Shown piece by piece: positions 35,950 through 46,596 of a stretch of DNA of 64,000 nt. Origin of the DNA: Alphaproteobacteria bacterium. Its GTDB lineage: Bacteria; Pseudomonadota; Alphaproteobacteria; Rickettsiales; SXRF01. Positions within the stretch are counted from its first letter, which is position 1. Each line of letters begins with the position of its first letter. The notes under the pieces were generated by a model. The model was not told where the DNA came from, ran no database searches, and worked only from the letters and a program-made list of their open reading frames with translations. The stretch lies in contig JANYES010000019.1 of assembly GCA_025362975.1 (NCBI GenBank), positions 114,168 through 178,167 of the forward strand, in the 5' to 3' direction. The translations under genes and the position numbers were made by a program.

Positions 35950-36285
35950 TTACTCCTTGATGATCTCGGCCCAGAGCACCTTGTTTTTGGTGATCTCAAT
36001 CCAGCGACCGGCGATGAACAGCAGCAGCCAGATGTTATACTGGAGCAACTGGAACATCTCCTTCGAGATGATCGTCGCCTGAATCATCCCCGACTGCGCC
36101 GCCATGAACGCGAACGACAGCAGGGCACCGAGCAGCAGGGCCGCGGGCACCCAGATGGTGTTGCGCGCCTTGCCCTTGGGGGGCATGAGCAGCACGATCG
36201 GGACGTAGACCGGGGTGAAGCAGAACCGAACCACCTCCGCGAGGAGGAAGAACGGCGAGAGCAGAACCGCGTAGACGATGCGCAT
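35950..36285 (-). CDS. Small membrane protein (111 aa), paralog of 36548-36835
   Basis: GAGGA RBS, three hydrophobic segments, GC-rich codons. Confidence 0.75.
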   Translation of the reverse strand: MRIVYAVLLSPFFLLAEVVRFCFTPVYVPIVLLMPPKGKARNTIWVPAALLLGALLSFAFMAAQSGMIQATIISKEMFQLLQYNIWLLLFIAGRWIEITKNKVLWAEIIKE

Positions 36286-36490
36286 GGCATCCTCAGGTAA
36301 GGAACGGGAAAGAGCCCGAAAGCTTCCGCTTTAATGAGGCCACATTGGTAATGTGGATTCAAAAAAAGTAAAGCACGAGCCTTCAGTATAGCCTGCTCAC
36401 TACGCTAATGATTGTTAATATTTTATGGCAAGATAAACGTTTTTATTATAACTATCAGCCATATAAAGAAATATTTCGGCTGTATGACAA

Positions 36491-36530
36491 ACAAAAACCC
36501 CGCTGCACCTTGGGGTGAGCGGGGTTTTTG
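36491..36530 (-). terminator. Rho-independent terminator
   Basis: CAAAAACCCCGCT...AGCGGGGTTTTTG hairpin; related hairpins near 35891 and 37133. Confidence 0.7.
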
Positions 36531-36547
36531 AAAGGCATGGTGTTGCA

Positions 36548-36835
36548 TTACGCGTGCCCTTGCGGGTGACGCGCTTTAAAACGCCGGGCAAAGATTTCTA
36601 GAATCCGGGCGATAACCCACGACAGCACCCACAGGGCGCCGGTGAATTGAAGGACTTCCACATCGCGCTTGGCGATGAGGTACAGGACATAGTAGACTGC
36701 GGCTTGCAGCCCGATGACCAAAATCGTCCCCGGCCAGCTGGCCTTCCCCGCAGCTTCAAAGCTGGGGTACTGGTAGCCGAAGTAGAACGGCGCGAACACG
36801 AACCGAGCCAGCTCACCGATGATATGAAGCATCAT
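36548..36835 (-). CDS. Small membrane protein (95 aa), paralog of 35950-36285
   Basis: GGAGGA RBS; IIGELARFVFAPFY vs LLAEVVRFCFTPVY; ARILEI vs GRWIEI. Confidence 0.75.
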   Translation of the reverse strand: MMLHIIGELARFVFAPFYFGYQYPSFEAAGKASWPGTILVIGLQAAVYYVLYLIAKRDVEVLQFTGALWVLSWVIARILEIFARRFKARHPQGHA

Positions 36836-37216
36836 GAGCGTTCCTCCGTGAGGGGTAATGGGACAGTGAAACTGTTAGGGCGTTAGGCGGCGTGCGGGAA
36901 TAGTTGAGTTTCCCGCAGGACTTACAGCGCTCTTTTAAGAATGCTGGACATAACGAAACTCCGTGGTGTCTTCGACGGACTCAGGCGATGTGCATGAGCC
37001 GAAAGCGTTTGTTTAAAAAACAAAAGCGCGAATGGATGCAGCATAGCGGGAATCGCGGTTTTACGTAAGTGATTATTAATCTGGATGCTTTTTTTAAAGT
37101 AAATAACGTATAATCAGCCGGTAAGACTGAAAAACAAAACCTGCCCGCGACCAGCGGTGGTTGCGGAACGAAGTTTTGAAATGCATGGTCGTTACATCAG
37201 GTTTGCCTTGCTGTCG

Positions 37217-37765
37217 TTAAGTCATGTGCTTAAGGCCAGTGCGCAGATAGGCGTAACCGGTGACGAGCGTCAACCCTGCCGCCGTCCATAGCAGCAAGCT
37301 GCCCAAAAACGGCGCATGCAGCCACTCAGGCCCGGCAGGCCCGAGCAGCAAGCAGCCAATCGCCAGCATCTGCGCCCCCGTTTTGATTTTAGCAAGGTTC
37401 GAGACCGGCACGCTGACGCGGATTTCTGCGAGGAATTCACGCAGACCCGACACCAGAATTTCGCGGCAGACAATCGCAATCGACGGCAGGAGTGCCGCAC
37501 GTTCCTTATCCACCAGCAGCATCAGGATAGTGGCCACCAGCAGCTTGTCGGCAATCGGGTCGAGGAACTGGCCGAGCTTCGACTGCGCATTCCAGATGCG
37601 TGCGAGATAGCCGTCGAACCAGTCGGAAATCCCGGCGAGGAAGAACAAAAGCGTCGACAGCCAGAAACCCCAGTCGCCATTGATAAAATACGTAAACGTA
37701 ATGGCCGGAATCGCCACAATTCGTAAATAGGTAAGGTAATTGGGCAGGTTTTTGCGAATGTTCAT
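37217..37765 (-). CDS. pgsA: CDP-diacylglycerol--glycerol-3-phosphate 3-phosphatidyltransferase
   Basis: [19 protein letters not shown]...[23 protein letters not shown]. Confidence 0.95.
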   Translation of the reverse strand: MNIRKNLPNYLTYLRIVAIPAITFTYFINGDWGFWLSTLLFFLAGISDWFDGYLARIWNAQSKLGQFLDPIADKLLVATILMLLVDKERAALLPSIAIVCREILVSGLREFLAEIRVSVPVSNLAKIKTGAQMLAIGCLLLGPAGPEWLHAPFLGSLLLWTAAGLTLVTGYAYLRTGLKHMT

Positions 37766-38982
37766 TCAAACACCCGCACGTTTTTAGGCCTCACGAACAC
37801 CTGATCGTTACGCCTGATTTCCAGCGAATCGGTAATGGTTTTGGGAATTTCGACCTGTAGAATTAGCCCGTTTTTGCGCTGCAATTCCAGCTTGGCGAGC
37901 GCACCCGCAGGGTTGATATGCACCACGTTCACGGGAATATATTCGTGATTGTCATCAGGCGTTTTTGTGACGAACATTTCATGCGGGCGGGCAAACACGC
38001 GCACCGGAATGCCGCGCTCCGCCAGCAACACACGCATCTGCGAGCGGTTAATTTTGGCAATCTGCGACGGGGCCGTGGGATCCACCGGCAGCGGAATTCC
38101 CGGCACGACTTTGCGCAGCGCGCCGATCAGCTCCGGGTAGCGGTTCAGCCAATGGCTGCGCGCGGGCGACACGGGCGTGGAGTCGGTGGTTTTGGATTCC
38201 CACAAATCGTCTTCGGCTAAATGAATTTCGCCGTTTTCGTCTTTCCAGCCGATGAATTCGTTATAGTTGCCGAGGAAGTCGTAGATGAAGCCGTTTGTCG
38301 GCTGGTGATACACTTCTTCGGGCGTGCCGACCTGTTCGATGCGGCCCTGATTCATCACCACCACACGGTCGGACACTTCCATCGCCTCTTCCTGATCGTG
38401 CGTCACGAAAATCGAGGTGATATGCATGTCGTCATGCAGGCGGCGAAGCCAGCGGCGAAGCTCTTTGCGCACTTTGGCGTCGAGCGCGCCGAACGGCTCG
38501 TCGAGCAGCAGCAGTTTCGGCTCCACCGCAAGGCTGCGGGCAAGTGCGACACGCTGGCGCTGGCCTCCGGAAAGCTGCGAGGGGTAACGGTCGTAAAACG
38601 TGTCCAGATGCACGAGCTTGAGCAGCGCCATCACGCGGTCGTTGATTTCCGATGGGCTGGGGCGGAGATGTTTCGGGCGCACGCGCAGGCCGAACGCCAC
38701 GTTGTTGAACACCGTCATGTGCTTGAACAGGGCGTAATGCTGGAACACGAAACCGACATTGCGCTCTTTCACATGCAGCGAACCGGCTTCCCGGTTGTCG
38801 ATGAGCACCTGGCCCGAATCGGCGTATTCCAGCCCGGCGATAATGCGTAAAAGCGTCGTCTTGCCTGAGCCTGACGGACCTAAAAGTGCGACCAGCTCAC
38901 CGTCGTTGACCTTCAGGTTCACGTCGTTGATCGCGGCGAAACCGCCAAAATTTTTCTTGATATTGCGGACTTCGATTCCCAT
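37762..38982 (-). CDS. cysA: Sulfate/thiosulfate ABC transporter ATP-binding protein
   Basis: [50 protein letters not shown]. Confidence 0.93.
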   Translation of the reverse strand: MGIEVRNIKKNFGGFAAINDVNLKVNDGELVALLGPSGSGKTTLLRIIAGLEYADSGQVLIDNREAGSLHVKERNVGFVFQHYALFKHMTVFNNVAFGLRVRPKHLRPSPSEINDRVMALLKLVHLDTFYDRYPSQLSGGQRQRVALARSLAVEPKLLLLDEPFGALDAKVRKELRRWLRRLHDDMHITSIFVTHDQEEAMEVSDRVVVMNQGRIEQVGTPEEVYHQPTNGFIYDFLGNYNEFIGWKDENGEIHLAEDDLWESKTTDSTPVSPARSHWLNRYPELIGALRKVVPGIPLPVDPTAPSQIAKINRSQMRVLLAERGIPVRVFARPHEMFVTKTPDDNHEYIPVNVVHINPAGALAKLELQRKNGLILQVEIPKTITDSLEIRRNDQVFVRPKNVRVFE

Positions 38983-38989
38983 CCCTACG

Positions 38990-39841
38990 TCATTCCTTGT
39001 GCTTCGCCTTAAGTTCCGACGCGAACTTAAATTCAATAAAGGTTTTAAGCAAAAGCGTCACCAGTGCCAGAATCGTGAGTATCGAAGCGACCGAAAACGC
39101 AGCCACGAAATTGTATTCGTTATACAATATTTCCACATGAAGGGGAATAGTGTTGGTTTTGCCGCGAATATGCCCGGAAACCACCGATACCGCGCCAAAT
39201 TCGCCCATCGCGCGGGCGTTACAAAGCAATACGCCGTAGAGCAAACCCCATTTGATATTCGGCAGCGTTACCGAAAAGAACGTCCGCCATCCGCCCGCGC
39301 CCAGCATCACTGCGGCCTCTTCCTCCTCCGTGCCCTGCTCTTCCATCAGCGGAATCAGCTCGCGCGCCACGAACGGGAAGGTAACGAAAATCGTGGCGAT
39401 CACAAGGCCCGGCACAGCAAATACGATCTCGATGTTGTTATCCGCCAACCACCGCCCGAGCGCGCTGCCGGAGCCGAACAGCAGGATATAAATCACACCT
39501 GAAATCACCGGCGACACGGAAAACGGCAGGTCGATAAACGTCATCAGCAGCCGCTTGCCCTTGAATTCAAACTTCGCAATCGCCCATGACGAGGCAAGGC
39601 CGAACGCCACGTTCAGCGGCACCGCAATCGCCGCTACCAGCAGCGTAAGCTCGATCGCCGCAATCGCCTGCGGGTTCATCAGCGCATCGCGATACGCTTC
39701 CCAGCCTTGCCGGAAAGCTTCCACAAACACCGACAGCATCGGCAGCAACACCAAAACGGCCATGAAGCTTAAGCCGCTAAACATCAGCACCGCCTGCACC
39801 CAGAAAGGTTCGGCAATCGGGGAACGGGGATTCAGGCGCAT
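38990..39841 (-). CDS. cysW: Sulfate ABC transporter permease CysW
   Basis: [42 protein letters not shown]. Confidence 0.95.
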   Translation of the reverse strand: MRLNPRSPIAEPFWVQAVLMFSGLSFMAVLVLLPMLSVFVEAFRQGWEAYRDALMNPQAIAAIELTLLVAAIAVPLNVAFGLASSWAIAKFEFKGKRLLMTFIDLPFSVSPVISGVIYILLFGSGSALGRWLADNNIEIVFAVPGLVIATIFVTFPFVARELIPLMEEQGTEEEEAAVMLGAGGWRTFFSVTLPNIKWGLLYGVLLCNARAMGEFGAVSVVSGHIRGKTNTIPLHVEILYNEYNFVAAFSVASILTILALVTLLLKTFIEFKFASELKAKHKE

Positions 39842-40698
39842 CAGATATCCGCCTTATCGTTGCCAGCCCAATGCTGGAGCCAGTTGATAATGAATAGCAA
39901 GATGAACGATGCGACCAGCATTACGCATGCCACGGCCGTCGCCCCGGCATAATCATATTGCTCCAGCTTGATGACGATGATAAGGGGCACGATTTCCGAA
40001 ACTTTGGGAATATTCCCCGCGATGAAAATCACCGAGCCGTACTCGCCAAGCCCGCGCGCAAACGCCATTGCAAACCCGGTCAGCAATGCCGGGGTGATGC
40101 TCGGCAGGATGATCTGGAAAAACGTCTGCCAGCGCGTGGCGCCAAGGCTCAGCGCGGCCTCTTCCACTTCACGTTCCGCATCCTGCAAAATCGGTTCAAT
40201 GGTGCGCACGATAAACGGCAGCCCGACGAACAGCAGCGCGATCATAATCCCCAGCGGCGTAAACGCGACCTTGATGCCCATCGGCACGAGGTATCGCCCG
40301 ATCCAGCCGTCCGGCGCGTACAGCGCGGTAAGTGCAATCCCGGCGACTGCGGTAGGCAATGCAAACGGCAAATCCACCATCGCATCGACGATTTTTTTAA
40401 AGGGAAACCGGTAGCGGGCCAGAATCCACGCAATGATTAGTCCGAAGAAGCTGTTGATGACCGCCGCCAGAAACGACAGGCCAAAGCTGATCTTATACGC
40501 ATGCAGCACGCGGTTTGCCGTCACAGTCTGCCAGAATTGCGCGGGCGTGAGTTCTGCCGCCTTGAAAAACAGCCCCGACAACGGGATAATGACCACGATG
40601 GCCAGATAAGCAATGGTAAACCCTAAGGTAATCCCAAAACCGGGGATGACGCTCGGCTCTTTGAACTTATGCAAGGCAAGGGTTGGGAATGAGGCCAA
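39841..40698 (-). CDS. cysT: Sulfate ABC transporter permease CysT
   Basis: SVIPGFG, DLPFALPTAVAGIAL, ARGLGEYGSVIFIAGN; TTG start with AAGGA RBS. Confidence 0.95.
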   Translation of the reverse strand: MASFPTLALHKFKEPSVIPGFGITLGFTIAYLAIVVIIPLSGLFFKAAELTPAQFWQTVTANRVLHAYKISFGLSFLAAVINSFFGLIIAWILARYRFPFKKIVDAMVDLPFALPTAVAGIALTALYAPDGWIGRYLVPMGIKVAFTPLGIMIALLFVGLPFIVRTIEPILQDAEREVEEAALSLGATRWQTFFQIILPSITPALLTGFAMAFARGLGEYGSVIFIAGNIPKVSEIVPLIIVIKLEQYDYAGATAVACVMLVASFILLFIINWLQHWAGNDKADI

Positions 40699-40834
40699 AA
40701 TATGTCCTTAAAAACGGGATATTACGAGTGCAGCCACAGTTTCTAGCAGTTATCAGCGAAGAAATAAATGCCCAAAAATGCCATTTCAGGATAATATGCT
40801 GTAAGACTACACATTATCTCCGGGGGGAGACGAT

Positions 40835-41365
40835 ATGCAACCAACACTGCCCGACAAGATCGCCGTGACGTTCAGCTCACGCCTGTCTGGCTTCCGCAAA
40901 CTCAACGTGGAAGTCATGCGCAAGGCCGGACACGTGCTGCTCAAATTCGACATTCCAGCCCCCATCGAACCTTTCACCGAGCTTGAGCGCAAGCACATTG
41001 CCCAGATCGAAGCCGTCCTTGATGGCTCGATGCGCGACCTGCGCAAAGTGCCTTCGTTGCTGATGCGGCGCATGCAATACATCGAAAACCGCGACAAGTT
41101 GCAAGCCCAGGCCTCAGGATTACTTAGCCAGCTGGAGCGCAACCCGAACTTCGAAATCGTGCCGTCGGAGAAGCTTGCCGACGAGCAATTCTTTGCCCCC
41201 GACATCACCGACGACGAACGGAGCAACACCGTTTTCCTCGCCCCGACCGGCGGCAAAGATGTGGCATCTGCCTACAATTCCGTGCTCACATCGCTACGCC
41301 AGCTTCATGGCAAGCTGAGGGAATCTCCCGGGTCTTCAACATCCACGGATTTTACGCTGAGTTAA
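40835..41365 (+). CDS. Hypothetical protein (176 aa)
   Basis: GGAGA RBS, host-like codon usage. Confidence 0.7.
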   Translation: MQPTLPDKIAVTFSSRLSGFRKLNVEVMRKAGHVLLKFDIPAPIEPFTELERKHIAQIEAVLDGSMRDLRKVPSLLMRRMQYIENRDKLQAQASGLLSQLERNPNFEIVPSEKLADEQFFAPDITDDERSNTVFLAPTGGKDVASAYNSVLTSLRQLHGKLRESPGSSTSTDFTLS

Positions 41366-41440
41366 GGCTGAAAAGAAGCCTTACTATTCTCCCTGATCGT
41401 CCTAGCAATTAATTTGTGTTAATTTTTCCGGGGGACTTAT

Positions 41441-41926
41441 ATGAGCCTGATTCAAGCTAAAAATCCGTCTGCCATTACCATCAAAGACAAAACCGTCACC
41501 GATCCTGAATATCCGGGCATGACCCCTCACCGCCTCGCTCGGCGAAGGCATGGTCGAGTTAACCTTCGATTTCGAAGGGGCGCTGGGCAATCACGAATGG
41601 AAAAACAGGTGCAGGCCAACACGCGCGCGCTTAATATGGCGCTGCTAGACAAGGGGTTCATGCTCAACAAATCACTCGGCGAAATGCCATCTGGGTAAAC
41701 ATTTGCCTATATCAACCCACCCGCCGGTAAAACGGCGCAGGAAGCCTTCGATAAAATCGTACCCGCCATCGAAGGATATGCCGTCAAAGTCGGCCCGAAA
41801 CAGGAACATGCCTCGAAAACCACCGCCAGTGCCGCCCACAGGATGCTAAAGCAAATGGAAGCGCAACGCCGCGAAGCAACGAAAAACCCACAACCGAAAA
41901 AGGAAAAAGGCTGGTTCGGCCGCTAG
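41441..41926 (+). pseudogene. Degraded hypothetical gene (in-frame TAA at 41696-41698, probable compensating frameshifts near 41525 and 41595)
   Basis: Frame continues after TAA for about 75 codons (TFAYINPPAGKTAQEAFDKIV...KGWFGR); middle part reads better in a shifted frame (LTASLGEGMVELTFDFEG). Confidence 0.55.
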
Positions 41927-42000
41927 TAATGCTTACTGCGCTCAACGCCATCAGCTCACCCACCACCTTGTCGCAGATCAAAAGCAAACTTTGGAAAATG

Positions 42001-43785
42001 CTATTGCCCCAGACGGATATCGTCGACGGTGAGATTGGCGCTCACGCGCCCGTTCCATTCCTGAATTTTCAACTGCCCCGCTACATCCACGGTTTTACCG
42101 CGCGTGTTCAGCAGCGCGTCTCCAAGTTGGGTGCCGACGCTTCGAAACGCGATGGCCTGCAATTTCGAGCTGCTCTGCGGGTCGATGAACAAAGTTTTGA
42201 TATGGTGCTCCCCGACAATCTCCGGCCTGAAATTCACCACGCGCTCGACCATCAGGCGCAAGCTCGGATTACCTTGCCCGAACGGCCCGAGGCGCTCGCA
42301 TTCACTGAGCAATTCGATGGTAGCCCCGCCGATGCTGATAATCCCGTCCAGCGTCAGCTTATGGCTGGTCGCCAATGGTTTTGCCGCCACGCGGGCAGCG
42401 AAAAACTCAGTTAAATCCTGCACTTTGCCTTCGTCGATGCTGAACCCCGCCGCCATCGCATGCCCGCCGCCGCCGAGTAAAATTCCAGCCGCATGTGCGG
42501 CAATCACCGCGCCGCCAAAATCGAATCCGGCTACGGAACGAGCGGAAGCTTTGCCCACGCCGCCGTTAAGCGCAATCACCGCCACAGGCTTATGGAAACG
42601 CTCCTTCAGCCTGCCCGCGACAATACCGATGACGCCGGGATGCCAGCCTTTGCCAGCCACCACCATCACCGGCTGCGATTCCAGCCCGTGGGCCATTTCC
42701 ATTGCCTGTTCCACCACCATCGATTCAATCGCCTTGCGCTCGGCATTGTGCAGCTCCAGCTCACGCGCCAGCATCATCGCTTCCACCTCGTCGGCGCAGC
42801 TCAAAAGCCGCACGCCCAGATCGGATTTACCCACGCGCCCGCCTGCATTAATGCGCGGCCCGATCACGAACCCGCAGTGATACACGCTCGGCGTACCGCT
42901 GGACGCCGCTAAATCAAGCACCGTGCGCAAACCTAGATTGTTGCGTCCCCCAAGAATTTTCAGCCCCTGCGCCACAAAGGCGCGGTTGACGCCGGTCAGC
43001 GGCACCACGTCGCACACCGTGCCGACCGCCACTAAATCCAGCCACTGGCGCACATCCGGTTCTTTGCGCGTTTCGTTAAAATAGCCGCTAACCCGAAGTG
43101 CGCGGTTTACCGCCACGATCAACAAAAACGCAACGCCCACCGCCGCCATCTGCCCATGCGGCGAAGTTTCATCCAGCCGGTTCGGATTAACGATGGCATA
43201 GGCTTTGGGTTTACGCGCCTCGCCGATATGATGGTCGACCACGATCACATCCAACCCCGCCTCATGTGCCGCTTCCAGCGGCTCAAACGCCATCGTGCCG
43301 CAATCGACGGTAATCACCAGCGTCGCACCGGCTTTTTGCAATCCCAGTAATGCCGGAGTATTTGGTCCGTAGCCTTCGATCATGCGGTCGGGAATATGCA
43401 CCATCGGTTTGCAGCCAAGCGCTTGCAGGTAAAGCATGATCAGCGCTGAGGATGTCGCGCCGTCCACATCGTAATCGCCGAACACGGCGATGGTTTCACC
43501 GCCCGAAATCGCACTCGCCACGCGCGTCGCGGCAGCGTCCATATCCAGCAGGTGCGAAGGGTCCGGCATCAACGCCTTTAAACTCGGGTTTAGAAATTTT
43601 TCCGCGTCTTCCAGCCCGATGCCGCGGCATGCAAGGATGCGCGCCAGCAAATCCGGCAGGTTATAAGTTCTTGTAAATGCTGCGACTAAGCGCTCATCAG
43701 CTTCCTTGATATGCCAGTGGCGACCTGTCAACGACGGCTGGTGTGTAAGCGAAATATCAGCATTTTCCAGCTGTGCCAGCATCAT
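42001..43785 (-). CDS. recJ: Single-stranded-DNA-specific exonuclease RecJ
   Basis: GDYDVDGATS, TVDCG, VDHH, GTVCDVVPL, GPRINAGGR, GGGHAMAAG. Confidence 0.96.
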   Translation of the reverse strand: MMLAQLENADISLTHQPSLTGRHWHIKEADERLVAAFTRTYNLPDLLARILACRGIGLEDAEKFLNPSLKALMPDPSHLLDMDAAATRVASAISGGETIAVFGDYDVDGATSSALIMLYLQALGCKPMVHIPDRMIEGYGPNTPALLGLQKAGATLVITVDCGTMAFEPLEAAHEAGLDVIVVDHHIGEARKPKAYAIVNPNRLDETSPHGQMAAVGVAFLLIVAVNRALRVSGYFNETRKEPDVRQWLDLVAVGTVCDVVPLTGVNRAFVAQGLKILGGRNNLGLRTVLDLAASSGTPSVYHCGFVIGPRINAGGRVGKSDLGVRLLSCADEVEAMMLARELELHNAERKAIESMVVEQAMEMAHGLESQPVMVVAGKGWHPGVIGIVAGRLKERFHKPVAVIALNGGVGKASARSVAGFDFGGAVIAAHAAGILLGGGGHAMAAGFSIDEGKVQDLTEFFAARVAAKPLATSHKLTLDGIISIGGATIELLSECERLGPFGQGNPSLRLMVERVVNFRPEIVGEHHIKTLFIDPQSSSKLQAIAFRSVGTQLGDALLNTRGKTVDVAGQLKIQEWNGRVSANLTVDDIRLGQ

Positions 43786-43837
43786 GATTTCCTGAGAATT
43801 TGTTTAACAATAAGCCACGCCGTGCTAAGGATACATC

Positions 43838-44491
43838 ATGGCACGGCACCTCACCCCAAGCATCGACTATATCCGTAAGCTCTACGCGGCGCAAGATTCG
43901 CTTCTGGCGAGTATCGACGAGAGCCTGTTGCGCCTGAATATCCCGATTCACATCGGCGCCGAAGAAGGCAAGCTGCTGCAAATGCTGATCACATTGCACC
44001 GCGCCGAAAAGATCGTCGAGATCGGCACGCTCGCAGGTTACTCCACGATATGGATGGCGCGCGCGCTGCCGCCGGGCGGCCATATCTACACCGTCAACAA
44101 AGACCCCGCGCATATCGCAATGGCCAGCCACTTCTTTGACCAGTCGGAAGTGCGCGATTCGATCACCATGTTGGAAGGCGACGCGCATGCGGTGCTGCCG
44201 CAATTATCGAGCGAAGCGCCGTTCGACATGATATTCATCGACGCCGATAAAATCAGCTATAACGACTACCTCGACTGGGCGGAAAAAAACGTGCGCCCAA
44301 TGGGCCTGATCGTGGCCGACAACACGCTCCTGCACGGCACGATGGGCCTCGACCTGCCGCCGCAGAACATCGCGCCGGCCACGTGGCACAATATGCGCCG
44401 GTTCAACGAGCGCCTCGCCGACCACGAAAAATATTTCACGACGATGATCGCCACGCAAGAAGGCCTGACGGTCGCCATCAAGCTGTTTTAA
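43838..44491 (+). CDS. Class I SAM-dependent O-methyltransferase (Methyltransf_3)
   Basis: VEIGTLAGYSTIWMARAL, FDMIFIDADK, IVADNTL. Confidence 0.9.
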   Translation: MARHLTPSIDYIRKLYAAQDSLLASIDESLLRLNIPIHIGAEEGKLLQMLITLHRAEKIVEIGTLAGYSTIWMARALPPGGHIYTVNKDPAHIAMASHFFDQSEVRDSITMLEGDAHAVLPQLSSEAPFDMIFIDADKISYNDYLDWAEKNVRPMGLIVADNTLLHGTMGLDLPPQNIAPATWHNMRRFNERLADHEKYFTTMIATQEGLTVAIKLF

Positions 44492-45669
44492 ACGTAATGC
44501 CCGGGGATGCCCCTGCTACCGCGGTCAGCTATATAGCCGCTCCACGTGCCGCGTTCATTTTCCCATAGCCATGTGTCGTGCAGATGATCGTTGACCTCGC
44601 GAATCATGGAGATCGCCTCGGAGTTCTTATCGTAGAGCGCTTCGTTGATGTAGTTATGCAGCCCGTGGAAACGCGCCTGCTGCTTGCCGCCGTGGGAGCG
44701 GAATTCGACGCTGTTGGGGATGGGGTTGTCAAAGCTCGATTCCGGCGAATCGGGATGGTCGATATGGTTTTTCATCAGGTAGCGCTCGTGCGAGCTGATC
44801 GTCCCGCCGCTTCTGACCTCAAACGCATGTCGACGATATGCCCGACGCCGATCTCAGGCACTGACTGGCGCTTCATTTCGCGCTCCTGCCAGCGCTTGAT
44901 ATCACTGGGCATCACCTTGGTGTCGAAATACACTCCCGTCGCGCAATTGCGCCTGAATTCTTCGGGTGTGCTCATCAACGCTTCGAGATTCAAATAGTAG
45001 CCTTCGGCCATGTTGGGAAGCGGCACCCCGGCGCGCTCAAACAGATAACCCAGCATCAGATGCCCCCCCCATCGAGCTGCCCGCCTCGAACGGCATATCG
45101 TGCGATAACAGTTAATAGCATTCCAGCGCGTTGTTCAGCCGGTTTGTCAGCGAGCTTTTCTCATCGACGCTTTTCTCGAAGGCCTGTGTGATGGCGCGCC
45201 ATAGGCGTTCCGAATTATTTACGCCCCAGTTGTTGGTGATTTTGCCCGCGCCCCGGTCGCGGCTGAACTGCGACAACAGGATCGGTTTGTCGCCGGGCTT
45301 CGCATCGTGCGTCGTGAAGCGGAACTGTTCGTACAGGTCTTTTTGCGTGGCTGCATCCTGCGGCCAGTGGCGCTCAAGGGCGCGTGCAAAGGAGGATTCA
45401 TACCGCCCGACCAGCGTCGTGCCTAAACTTTCGTCCTGCAGGCGGTCATACAGCACACCGAAGCGCAACGGTTCGCCGAGGCTTTCGCGCGGGCTGTCGT
45501 CGCGGCGGTACCATTTGATTTTGGGGGCAATGGCGCGGGTGAATTCGTTGATGGTGTTGGGGCGCGCATCTAGCAGCCCGTCAACCGCCTGCTCGCAAAA
45601 AACGGTATAGTCCTTGCGCTGGGGATACCCCTGCACCCTGACAACAAAGCTGCTGCCTTCGACTCCCAT
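44488..45669 (-). pseudogene. Fragmented gene with a Fido/Fic-like motif (effector-like)
   Basis: Three ORFs join through an in-frame TAA (45112-45114), a C8 run (45063-45070) and a shift near 44830-44860; reconstructed LLSHDMPFEAGSSMGGHLMLGYLFERAGVPLP...LNLEALM. Confidence 0.5.
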
Positions 45670-45716
45670 CCAATGTCCCGTTATTCAATTTTTTATTGAT
45701 TATAGCAGGTTAGCAG

Positions 45717-46277
45717 TTAAGCGCCAAGCACATCCATGATTTTTTCCAGCTCGTCCACCACGGTGTAATAGGTGGCGTTGACCGGCTTGGCAAACCCGAC
45801 TTCGATGATATTTTTCATAAGCGATATTAATGGGTTCCAGTATTCATCATAGTTAAAGATAACAACCGGTTTGTCGTGTAGTTGCAGCTGGCGCCATGTC
45901 AGGATTTCGAACATTTCGTCCATTGTCCCGAAACCGCCCGGGAAGACGATAAAAGCGTCCGTACGCTCAAACATGCCCATTTTACGCTCATGCATAGTGT
46001 TGACGATGATGATCTCGGTCAGGGACTGGTGCTCATTTTCGATGTTGCGTAACGACACAGGAAACACGCCTGTCACCTCCCCGCCATGCTTCATCGTGGC
46101 ATTGGCCACAGCACCCATGACGCCGCAGTCGCCACCGCCGTAAACCAAGCGTATGCCTCGCTGAGCGAGCATTTTGCCGAACTCCGCGCCGATGTCTAAA
46201 AACTTCTGGGGGACATTGTTTGATGCACCGCAAAAAACACAAAGGGATTTAATCTTGGGGGACGTTATTTCGCTCAT
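45717..46277 (-). CDS. LOG family protein (TIGR00730-type nucleotide phosphoribohydrolase), copy 1
   Basis: CVFCGAS, LVYGGG..GVMG, MHERK, PGGFGTMDE. Confidence 0.92.
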   Translation of the reverse strand: MSEITSPKIKSLCVFCGASNNVPQKFLDIGAEFGKMLAQRGIRLVYGGGDCGVMGAVANATMKHGGEVTGVFPVSLRNIENEHQSLTEIIIVNTMHERKMGMFERTDAFIVFPGGFGTMDEMFEILTWRQLQLHDKPVVIFNYDEYWNPLISLMKNIIEVGFAKPVNATYYTVVDELEKIMDVLGA

Positions 46278-46596
46278 TCTTCCTGCAACTTCCTGCTCTA
46301 TTTATCTTTTCTTTATATTATGCTTGCTAAACCGCCGCGTAAATGGTTATTTCGCCACAACGATCGTAAATATATCAATTTACGATCGTTTTTTTACGCC
46401 TTGTTTACTAAATGTTTAGATATCGCCTCTACAAGGGGAAAAGTGCAACATGGATTAAATTTAATCAAGATAGATCAAATTTAATGTTGTTCTAATGTCG
46501 GCATAATAGTAAGAGGCGTAGTGTTAAAGTTCAAATAACTGGCCGCAACGGAATCTAAAAATTTAATTTTGTCTAAAAACTCGAAAGGAAGAAACA

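Noticed and set aside
35519-45114. Stop-codon reassignment explaining the in-frame TAG/TAA codons
   Set aside because: TAG and TAA terminate intact genes in this window (recJ ends in TAG, ilvE in TAA), and the lesions co-occur with frameshifts, so decay is simpler.
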